DNA of 24,365 nucleotides from Candidatus Nanohalobium sp. (lineage in GTDB: Archaea > Nanohalarchaeota > Nanosalinia > Nanosalinales > Nanosalinaceae): NCBI GenBank assembly GCA_042217555.1, contig JBDGSL010000063.1, positions 1 through 24,365 on the forward strand, read 5' to 3'. Below are positions 16,795-24,365 of this stretch, piece by piece. Numbering within the stretch: position 1 is the first letter of the stretch; each line of letters opens with the position of its first letter. The notes under the pieces were generated by a model, which saw only the letters and a list, made by a program, of their open reading frames with translations, was not told where the DNA came from and ran no database searches. The position numbers were made by a program, and so were the translations under genes.

Positions 16795-17931
16795 TTAAAG
16801 TCCGAGCAGTGAGGCTATGAATCCTGCAGAGATGAAGGTTGCGGCGGCGCTGCCCAGTGTTACGAAGAAGAAGGTTAGCAGAACTCTGCCGGCCTGGTTA
16901 CTCCAGAGCTGGCGGTACTTTTCCACCTCTGTCACGTCTTCAAGTTCCTTTACTGTAGGAGGGTGGAGCCTGGCCTCTGCGTATGAGGAGACCATGCCTG
17001 CGCCGAGAGCCGGGTCAAGGGATGTAAGCGGTGCGGCCAGGAAGGAGGTCACCCAGGTTGAGATATGTGAACGTGCGACCACGGCTCCAAGCATTGCCAG
17101 TAAACCGTTGGAAAGTATCCAGAACTTCACGCCCTCCACTCCTGTCGCGAATCCCACCTGGTAGAAGCTGTAGCCAAGTCCTGCGATTATAAAACCAGGG
17201 ATGCCGTAGCTAAGTACTTTGGTCCAGGAGATACCGGTGTCTCCGGAGATACTGTAACTTTTTCCGTCCCTCAACGCTTCAACCACTCCGTCGACATGAG
17301 CCGCACCTACGACAACCACTGCCTTCTCAAAATCCTTTTCAAGCAGCTTTTCCGCCATGTAAACATTTCTCTCCTCCAGGAAAACCCTGTTCAAGCTGGG
17401 AAATTCATCCCTCAACTCTTCAACCAGTGCGCCCAGCACCTCTTCCTCCTTCACCTTTTCAACATCTACCTGTTTTGACTCAGGTAGAAGCACAGAGCCT
17501 ATCAGCTTGAGTTTTTCCACAAAACCTAGCTCTGAGAAAGCCCGGCTCAAAGTCTCATTTATATCTCTGTCAAGCAGTACCTGTTTAGAACCGTACTCTT
17601 CAGCTGCTTCAACTGCTTCAAGCATCTCCGTACCTGGCTTCACACCTTCTCTTACACCTAGGCTTCGCTGATAGATAGAGAGCAGAAGATTCATCAACAG
17701 CAACGGGGCCTGACCATTCCGGATAGCCTCAGAAAGCTCCAGGTCACTCCAGCCAGAATCCTCCTTCAAGGACTTCAACCGGTTCTCATCCAGCTCAACG
17801 CCGACAACATCAGGTCTCTCACCTTCAACCGTCTCCCTGACCTCCTTCCTGCTCTCCTCAGAAACATGAGCAGTGCCAACAACCACTACCCTTCTTCCAT
17901 CCAGGTTTACTTCCCTTCTCACAGTTAGCAA
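16795..17931 (-). CDS. TraB/GumN (pheromone-shutdown TraB-like) family protein
   Basis: VGTAHVS, PDVVGVELD, PGTEM, LLDRDI, ERN, VVVVGAAH motifs plus C-terminal TM helices. Confidence 0.92.
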   Translation of the reverse strand: MLTVRREVNLDGRRVVVVGTAHVSEESRKEVRETVEGERPDVVGVELDENRLKSLKEDSGWSDLELSEAIRNGQAPLLLMNLLLSIYQRSLGVREGVKPGTEMLEAVEAAEEYGSKQVLLDRDINETLSRAFSELGFVEKLKLIGSVLLPESKQVDVEKVKEEEVLGALVEELRDEFPSLNRVFLEERNVYMAEKLLEKDFEKAVVVVGAAHVDGVVEALRDGKSYSISGDTGISWTKVLSYGIPGFIIAGLGYSFYQVGFATGVEGVKFWILSNGLLAMLGAVVARSHISTWVTSFLAAPLTSLDPALGAGMVSSYAEARLHPPTVKELEDVTEVEKYRQLWSNQAGRVLLTFFFVTLGSAAATFISAGFIASLLGL

Positions 17932-18019
17932 CTGTGATACATACCATCTTAAAATCCCTGTCTGATCACATGTACCAAGGGGTGAAGTATTTAACCTGTC
18001 GTCCAGTAATTGTTCAAGT

Positions 18020-18511
18020 ATGGATTTTGCCCGGTCGGTTTACGTCTACAAGGTTTTCAGAAATATCTTTATTGATGGTGAAAGTTACAGTGTCCAGCTT
18101 GAGTTAAAGCACGGCCTGGACGACGAGGAGGCGGAACAGGTTATACTTGAAGCCTCAGATAAGGACTTTCTTGAAGTAGTCAAGGATTCTGACCCACGGA
18201 GATACGAGATTAACTATGACCGGTTGCTGGAGCTGTGGTACAGCCTGTGGAGTGAAGAGATAGGTGAACGGCCTGTGACGCCAGAAAACTTTGAAAGCTT
18301 TCTCAGAAGTTACTGCAGATCATACTTCCAGGGAGAAAAACACTCTACAATGAAGGAAATGCTGGTCGACGAATTCTACCTTGCAATCAACAGCAAATCC
18401 GAGAAACTTGTGATGCCCGCTGATTTCAGAGAGCTGAGAGATACATTGAACGAGTTTGAAGGTAAGAGAGCGCCTGCAGAACACTTCCAGTACGGCCTCA
18501 ACCACAGATAA
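18020..18511 (+). CDS. Hypothetical acidic protein, 163 aa
   Basis: ORF with ATG start and a TATTTAA box upstream. Confidence 0.7.
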   Translation: MDFARSVYVYKVFRNIFIDGESYSVQLELKHGLDDEEAEQVILEASDKDFLEVVKDSDPRRYEINYDRLLELWYSLWSEEIGERPVTPENFESFLRSYCRSYFQGEKHSTMKEMLVDEFYLAINSKSEKLVMPADFRELRDTLNEFEGKRAPAEHFQYGLNHR

Positions 18512-18540
18512 CCCTCCTACCCCTCCCTCTCTTGACCGGC

Positions 18541-18590
18541 CTTATAAAGATGGAGGGTCTATCATTGTTTACAACTTAATAAGGAGGTGA
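18541..18590 (+). promoter_or_regulatory. TATA box (CTTATAAA) and strong Shine-Dalgarno (AAGGAGGTGA) of the cold-shock gene
   Basis: Both motifs are visible directly; the SD ends 10 nt before the ATG at 18601. Confidence 0.7.
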
Positions 18591-18600
18591 GTTTTTGTTT

Positions 18601-18798
18601 ATGCAAGGTACAGTAAAGTTCTTCCACGATGGAGACGGTTACGGATTCATCGAAACGGAAGAAATGGACGACGACGTTTTCTTCCACTTGAGCGAACTAC
18701 CTGAAGGAGTCGACGACGTAGAAGAAGGAGAAGAAGTCGAGTTCGACCAGGAAGAAGGCGACAGAGGTCCAAAAGCAGTCAACGTAGAACTGGCTTAA
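18601..18798 (+). CDS. cspA: Cold-shock domain protein
   Basis: GTVKFF, RNP1 GYGFI, RNP2 VFFH, GPKAVNV. Confidence 0.95.
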   Translation: MQGTVKFFHDGDGYGFIETEEMDDDVFFHLSELPEGVDDVEEGEEVEFDQEEGDRGPKAVNVELA

Positions 18799-18988
18799 AT
18801 AGAGACACTCTGCCCTTTCCCTGTTTTCTCAGGCAAAGGTTAGAGGCCCGATTCTACAAATTTACCCTATTTCTCAATTTTCCCTACCACTACTTCACAG
18901 TCTTCCAGCAGACATGTACAGTTACTATTTGTTCTACTCCTTCACACACACCTGAAGAAGCCTCCTGGCAAACGCACAAAACCGCATA

Positions 18989-19748
18989 TCAGCCCGGCGT
19001 TTCCAACCTGAGATCTACCAGGTATGCGAAAACCGTCCAGATACCGATATCAACCAGAAAAGCGGCAAAAGAGTAACCACGAGCGGATACACCGTAAAGT
19101 TCCAGGCTGCTGCCGATAAAAGACACGGCCGCCACCACGACAAAAGCATAGAAAAGACGGCGAGGCCCACGAACATACACAGGTTTACCGGATGTCTTCA
19201 GATCGCCGCAAAGCTTAAAGTCTGAAAACGGAGAGTTCCACGCAATACCCGTCCTCGTACAGCTATCCTCAAACAAGTGCAGAAAACCACCCAACAGATA
19301 ACCGGAAAGAAACAGGAATAGTAGCTGAAAGGAATAAAACCCGAGATAAGAGCTTAAAACCCATATATACAGCCCGGTAACAGAACTCATCGTGAAAAGA
19401 CCGAGCAAGGAATGAGAAAAACTCCTGTGCCAATCACCGAAACTGTAACTCGAGACACGGTCAAACAGCATCACCGCAGGAAGATATATCAGATACCTGG
19501 TAACATAACCGAAAACAGGGAACAGAGGAGCCACAAAATCATTTACAAAACGGCCAAAACCGCCTTCAACACCTCTAACTTTCCTGTGAAAAATCAGAGA
19601 ACCTGAAACATCAGCATCAGGAACAAGAGAACCTACAGCCACACCCAAAAAAAACCAGGAAAACACTCAAAGGCCGAACACCGATAAAAGGTGATGCAAA
19701 ACTTAAAAAACAGGTAGTAGATATCAAAAGATGGTGTCTGCCCAACAT
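18989..19748 (-). pseudogene. YdjM-like membrane metal-dependent hydrolase with a +1 frameshift in a T8 run (real or sequencing error)
   Basis: N-terminus MLGRHH… (ATG 19748) is out of frame with GSLVPDAD…HRSFSHS…HLFEDSCT. Removing one base of A8 at 19647-19654 joins them. Confidence 0.75.
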
Positions 19749-19858
19749 ACAGAAAAACACTGGCAGAGCCCGGTTAAAAAATAACTGTATCACATCCTCT
19801 GTACTTCCCAAGTGCCACTTCAAGACAATAAAAATAATTTTTGCCTCCATGTTGTTAC

Positions 19859-20401
19859 ATGAGTACAGGAAGAAGGAACACAGGAGAACCTGACAGCCTC
19901 GAATACTTCCTTTCTGGAAGATTCAATGGAGAAGACGTGGAAAAAAGAATGGACCAGATCTCAGGAGCAGTAAAACACACCCAAGAAATACTGGAAGAAA
20001 ACAACAGAAAAGCCATGAAACATGCTTCAAGAAACTTAAAAGAAGCAATGGACGACATGGACCAGTTATTCAAAGAAGAAAGACTTTGCTACCCCATAAA
20101 TACATCTCTTGTAGATGAAATAGGTGAAGAAATCGAAAAACTGGGGGTAGTAGTTATAGATAGTAACGCAAACTCCTACAGAGAAGCAATACCAAAACTG
20201 GAGGAAATAAACCGTAAACTTGGTGAAGCAGACCCAACAGCATCCTACAAAGGAGATCCAGCACCCAGAGCAATAATAGACTACAGCGAAGAACTGACCG
20301 AACTATTCAAAGACGCCCAGAAAACCAGGGAAAAAATACTGGAAGAAAACACATACAGCCTGGAAACCGTTCCCGAAAGATACAGAAACGAACTAAACTG
20401 A
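19859..20401 (+). CDS. Hypothetical helical protein
   Basis: E/K-rich ORF, ATG at 19859, followed by a C/T tract. Confidence 0.7.
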   Translation: MSTGRRNTGEPDSLEYFLSGRFNGEDVEKRMDQISGAVKHTQEILEENNRKAMKHASRNLKEAMDDMDQLFKEERLCYPINTSLVDEIGEEIEKLGVVVIDSNANSYREAIPKLEEINRKLGEADPTASYKGDPAPRAIIDYSEELTELFKDAQKTREKILEENTYSLETVPERYRNELN

Positions 20402-20443
20402 ATCATCCCTCTCTCTCCTTGGGACCGGCCGAAAAATTCCAAA

Positions 20444-20581
20444 AATTCAAAGACGGGGGCAGAAGAACAAGAAGCGGATAGGTTGAGATCAGAAGCATCC
20501 GCACAGAACGAAGCCGCAGTTCGGTTCTATCGAGAAAATGGGTTTGAAGATTACTCAGTTACACTGGAAGAAGATTTCTGA
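20444..20581 (+). pseudogene. C-terminal remnant of a GNAT acetyltransferase
   Basis: 20459-20581 translates to AEEQEADRLRSEASAQNEAAVRFYRENGFEDYSVTLEEDF*, containing GNAT motif B (N-x-x-A-x-x-FY-x-x-x-GF). No start codon or N-terminal half. Confidence 0.7.
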
Positions 20582-20640
20582 TATAGAGGCCATTCTGGCT
20601 CCTAAATAACCTTTAAATATATCTAGACCTAATTTTAGAC

Positions 20641-21468
20641 ATGTCAGAAGTCAAATGTCCGACCTGTGGTAAGGAAGATTTCAGTAATGAAAACTACATG
20701 AAGAGGCACCATAAATTGAAGCATGACGAAAGCCTTGTAGAAAAATACGAGTGCTCTGTAGATGGATGCGATAATAAGACACGTAACCCTAAATTCTGTA
20801 GCGATGAGTGTATGAGTAAAGCCCGTAGACAATATGAAGAATCTGAATGTAAGAATCTGGAATGCGATGAAGAAGTCTACAAGAAAGAATACTGTTCAAG
20901 AGATTGTGCCAACAGCCATACCTGGAGGAATAGAGACAATGCAGCAAAGAGGGATGAAGTAAGAGAGAAGCTTTCGGAGATGAGGACAGGAGAGAAAAAT
21001 CCATTCTACGGTGAGAAACATACCAAAGAAGCACTTAAAAAGATATCAGAATCCCAAACTGGAGAAAAACATCATTTCTATGGAGTCACTGGAAAAGACC
21101 ATCCGAGCTATGGGGTAGCATCAGGACTCAAACTTCAGACAGTAGAAGAAACAGGCCACACAGTGAGATCCAACTGGGAGAAAGAAATCGATCTGATGCT
21201 TCATGAAGCAGGAATAGACTACAAATACGAACCGAAAACATTCGAACTTCCCAAAGGGAACACCTACACACCGGACTTCATAATAAGAGGAGAAATAGTA
21301 ATCGAAGTCAAAGGCTGGCCAGACGACAAATCAAAGAAAAGAGCAGAACTATTCATGCAAGAATATCCAGAATATCAGTATATGGTGGTTGGAAACGAGA
21401 TACCATGCGAAAGATTTGTTAGTTGGAACAATCGCTCCAATCTGATTGAACTTCTAAAGCAGACCTAA
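20641..21468 (+). CDS. Zn-finger/NUMOD3/PD-(D/E)XK endonuclease (homing-endonuclease-like)
   Basis: C2H2 finger, two Cys-rich repeats (FCSDEC, YCSRDC), NUMOD3-like GEKNPFYGEKHT, and RSNWE…YEP…YTPDF…IEVKG nuclease core. Confidence 0.85.
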   Translation: MSEVKCPTCGKEDFSNENYMKRHHKLKHDESLVEKYECSVDGCDNKTRNPKFCSDECMSKARRQYEESECKNLECDEEVYKKEYCSRDCANSHTWRNRDNAAKRDEVREKLSEMRTGEKNPFYGEKHTKEALKKISESQTGEKHHFYGVTGKDHPSYGVASGLKLQTVEETGHTVRSNWEKEIDLMLHEAGIDYKYEPKTFELPKGNTYTPDFIIRGEIVIEVKGWPDDKSKKRAELFMQEYPEYQYMVVGNEIPCERFVSWNNRSNLIELLKQT

Positions 21469-22014
21469 ATTGACAACTAACCCAAACAATAAAATCAACA
21501 AATTGAGGGCTGTAAACTCAGCCGCTTCAATCGCGCCCTTGATTTTCATATTACGTATTTTCTCATTATGATCTAATGAGCTTTTATGGAACTTCATTAA
21601 TAGAAAATCTTTCTCATTCTTTGAGAGATTTTTCTCAAATTTTTCTGGTTCATCCAGCCCTCTAGTTGTCCTGTATGGCAAAAATAGAACCATTAGTGAA
21701 AGCAGCATTGAATAAGATAGAAATAAACCTGATATCAAATTCAGGAAATTATTTGAAATGAAAAAGCCTCTACCAAAAGCCAAAATTAGACCGTTGAGAG
21801 CTAAAACAACCGAAACCTTAGTATCTAAATTACTCCAATTTTCAGCTATTCTAGAATATCTCTCCTTCATGTAGTTGTGAGTTAGCTCAAATGAATCTTG
21901 ATTAATTCTCTTATACTCCTCTATAGATTCATCAACATCAACGCCATCAATTTCATCTTCACTTACCTTATTAGCATAAATTCTTCTTAACTTCTTCAAT
22001 TCATTAAACAGCTC
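21454..22014 (-). CDS. AT-rich membrane protein with Pycsar-effector-like pattern, apparently 5'-truncated
   Basis: LDTKVSVVLALNG-TM-TM-P…N…K…TM layout. No ATG or promoter; the frame runs back into the nrdJ terminator. Confidence 0.5.
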   Translation of the reverse strand, partial: ELFNELKKLRRIYANKVSEDEIDGVDVDESIEEYKRINQDSFELTHNYMKERYSRIAENWSNLDTKVSVVLALNGLILAFGRGFFISNNFLNLISGLFLSYSMLLSLMVLFLPYRTTRGLDEPEKFEKNLSKNEKDFLLMKFHKSSLDHNEKIRNMKIKGAIEAAEFTALNLLILLFGLVVNLGLL

Positions 22015-22017
22015 TAA

Positions 22018-22040
22018 GAAAGAAAAAGAAACAAGGAAAA
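22018..22040 (-). terminator. U-rich terminator after nrdJ
   Basis: TTTTCCTTGTTTCTTTTTCTTTC on the minus strand. Confidence 0.55.
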
Positions 22041-22056
22041 TTAATTTACACCTCTG

Positions 22057-24365
22057 TCAGCACTTTGAATATCCACATTCGGGGCATTTGTTGCATCCTT
22101 CTTGTAGGACGAGCATGCCTCCGCATTCTGGGCATTCTGGGTTTTCTCCGTCTTGTACGATGCTTGCTGCATCTGCCTGTTGTTCTGTCTCTGTCTTTGG
22201 CTTGGTCTCGCCCATGTCTTCCTGCTTCTCTTGTGGTGTCTCGTACTGGTCTACGGTTTGTTGTTCGCCGTCCTGTACCTGCATGTGGCGTTTCATTGCT
22301 TCTGCGATTGCGTCGGGTACTGAGTGGATCTGTGTTCCCTGGTCCCATGCGATCTGCGGGCTGCGGATGTCGTCGAGTTGTTTGATGACGTCTTCGCCTG
22401 TTGCACCGCTACGTAGGGCTAAAGAAGTCATTCTTCCTAGTGCCTGTGTGAAGCTCTGTGTGTAGCCTCCGGATTTGCCGAGGTTGGCGAATACTTCGAA
22501 CGGTCCGTTGTTTTCGCTGTTGTTGATTGTTACGAAGAGGTCTCCGTAGGCTGTTTCTATTTCCTGTGTGGTTCCCTGTGCGACTTTCGGCCTTTCCTTG
22601 ACGTTCGGCTTGTTGCCCATGTTGGTGTGTCCGCCTTCTGTGGATGTGTCGGCTTCGACTCCTTCCTGGGTTACTTCTTGGCTGAGGTCTTCGGTGTCTT
22701 CTTCCTGGACTTCCATGTCCGTGTCGCCGACAACTTCCTGGAACTCGTTGGACTGTATCAGTTCTTCCGTTCCGCCGAACTCTTCGATGACTTCGGAGAG
22801 CATATCCACCTTGTCCATGTCAGTCAACGTGTTCTCCTTGTTGGTCTGCATGACCTGTGTTTCTCTTGTTCCGTCACGGTAGACTGTCATGCCTTTGACG
22901 TCTTTGTCGTAGGCACGCATGTAGGCTTCCCTGACATCGTCCTTGGTTGCCTCGTTCGGGAAGTTGCATGTCTTGGAGATTCCGGAGTGGTTGTGTGCCT
23001 GGAATGCTGCCTGGATGTCGATGTGTTCCTCCGGTGTTACCTGGTCGGCTGTGGCGAAGATCTCCTTCACGTCTGCCGGAAGAACTTCGTCCGGGATGGA
23101 TTCGACGCCTTCCCATTCGTTGTTCTCCATCTTTTCCTGAGCAGCTGCCTTGACTTCCTCGATGTCGACGTCGTTGGCTTCCAGGGCTTTGATGAAGTAG
23201 TCGTCGAACTCGACGAGCATGTCTTCTCCCTGGATGTCCTTGGCGACGTTCTTGAAGTACGCCAGCGAATAAATCGGCTCGCATCCTCCGGAAGTGTTCC
23301 CGATCATGGAAGTTGTTCCGGTTGGAGCGATTGTCGTTGTGTTGTGGTTCCTCATCTTGAGTCCGTCCTCGAACTCTTCAGGATCAAGGCCTCCTGTGTA
23401 TGCGCGGAACCATTCCTCGTGTTCCGTCGGGTTTGCCCACTTGGATTTCTCCCATTCAGGGAACTCTCCTCTAACATCGGCAAGCCTGTTGGATTCCTCG
23501 ATTGAGAAGCGTGTGATGATCCTCTGGATCTCTTTCGCGGCTGCGACTGATTCGTCGCTTCCGTAGCGGATTCCCAGCTGGATCAGCATCTGTGCGAATC
23601 CCATGAGGCCCAGTCCGACTTTTCTGAGTGAGGAGACCTTGTCCTCGATCTCTTCAAGCGGGAAGTCGGACATTGTCACGACGTTGTCCAGGAAACGCAT
23701 TCCTGTCTTGGCTACGCGTTCGAACTCTTCCATGTCGAGTGCTTCCTGGATGTAGTCCTTCATCGCGTCCTCAAGTCCTTCCTGTGTGGAGAAGTCATAC
23801 TCTCCAGAGTGTTCCTGTTTCCATTCTGCAAAGCTTAAAGCAGTTTCATCGCCTTTATCATCCACAAGAAGGCTTAGGTTGATGTGTCCGAGGTTGCAGG
23901 CCTCGTAGTTCTCCAACGGCTGTTCACCACAGTTGTGAACTACTAATCCATTGGCTATGAAGCTGTGCGTGTCTGGCTCTGTCAGGTCGTAGACGTCTTC
24001 ATGTCCGTCCTTCTCTAAGGAGACTACTCTTGCCGTGAACTTTTCTCTGTAAGGTCCTCTTGTGTAGTTGGAGAGTTTCTCTTCGAGTTTCTGGTTTTTG
24101 TCTTCTCTGAGGAAGCCAATCTTTTCCTGGAACTCTAAGAGAGAGCCTTTACTGATCATCAAGTCGTGCTGTGCCTTGATGTCGTACTCCTTCATGCCTC
24201 CCTTGCCGTCCGGCATCTCTCTTCTTCCTTCTTCTCTTCTCTCCGTGTAAACCTTGCTGTAGATCCCGAAGTTGAGTAGCAGTTGCTGTGTCTCCTTGAG
24301 AAGTTCTTCGTCGCTGCTGGAAAGCCTTACAGACACTCCTTTTTCGACGTTGCCCTGTACGGAGC
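22057..24365 (-). CDS. nrdJ: Class II (AdoCbl-dependent) ribonucleotide reductase, intein-containing, 5' partial
   Basis: CGEQPL…[42 protein letters not shown]-like domain (SVPDAIA) and C-terminal CPEC…CPECGYSKC. Confidence 0.95.
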   Translation of the reverse strand, partial: SVQGNVEKGVSVRLSSSDEELLKETQQLLLNFGIYSKVYTERREEGRREMPDGKGGMKEYDIKAQHDLMISKGSLLEFQEKIGFLREDKNQKLEEKLSNYTRGPYREKFTARVVSLEKDGHEDVYDLTEPDTHSFIANGLVVHNCGEQPLENYEACNLGHINLSLLVDDKGDETALSFAEWKQEHSGEYDFSTQEGLEDAMKDYIQEALDMEEFERVAKTGMRFLDNVVTMSDFPLEEIEDKVSSLRKVGLGLMGFAQMLIQLGIRYGSDESVAAAKEIQRIITRFSIEESNRLADVRGEFPEWEKSKWANPTEHEEWFRAYTGGLDPEEFEDGLKMRNHNTTTIAPTGTTSMIGNTSGGCEPIYSLAYFKNVAKDIQGEDMLVEFDDYFIKALEANDVDIEEVKAAAQEKMENNEWEGVESIPDEVLPADVKEIFATADQVTPEEHIDIQAAFQAHNHSGISKTCNFPNEATKDDVREAYMRAYDKDVKGMTVYRDGTRETQVMQTNKENTLTDMDKVDMLSEVIEEFGGTEELIQSNEFQEVVGDTDMEVQEEDTEDLSQEVTQEGVEADTSTEGGHTNMGNKPNVKERPKVAQGTTQEIETAYGDLFVTINNSENNGPFEVFANLGKSGGYTQSFTQALGRMTSLALRSGATGEDVIKQLDDIRSPQIAWDQGTQIHSVPDAIAEAMKRHMQVQDGEQQTVDQYETPQEKQEDMGETKPKTETEQQADAASIVQDGENPECPECGGMLVLQEGCNKCPECGYSKC
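23932..24365 (-). mobile_element. Intein (C-terminal part, LAGLIDADG endonuclease type) in nrdJ
   Basis: Block F VYDLTEP, block G GLVVHN followed by Cys+1 (23929-23931); endonuclease remnants LLLNFGI and FQEKIGF. Confidence 0.93.

Noticed and set aside
21454..22059. Read-through fusion of nrdJ with the downstream in-frame membrane ORF
   Set aside because: NrdJ ends in its canonical CGYSKC, and the intervening codons are just the U-rich terminator; the shared frame is likely chance.

Overview
Archaeal chromosomal window. The very acidic proteome, archaeal SAM synthetase, CDC48, C1:G72 tRNA-Tyr and TATA boxes about 22 nt before start codons point to a halophilic DPANN lineage, probably Nanohaloarchaeota (inference). 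Most of it is housekeeping or hypothetical genes: DUF502, CDC48, MAT, SWIM, tRNA-Tyr, a surface protein, DUF63, HxlR, an FAD oxidoreductase, rhomboid, TraB, a cold-shock protein and an intein-containing class II RNR. The main discovery lies in the apparently empty 1.3-3.4 kb region: three diverged minus-strand copies (1381-1591, 2503-2710, 3115-3327) of an unannotated unit. Each has a TATA box exactly 22 nt before an AUG, a 34-35 aa micro-ORF ending in UGA inside a hairpin, and a covarying RNA structure with an AGUA/GAA loop-E-like motif and an invariant AACUCA hexaloop. Other points: an AT-rich islet next to nrdJ (GNAT remnant, Zn-finger/NUMOD3/PD-(D/E)XK nuclease, 5'-truncated membrane protein) and a homopolymer frameshift in a YdjM-like gene.
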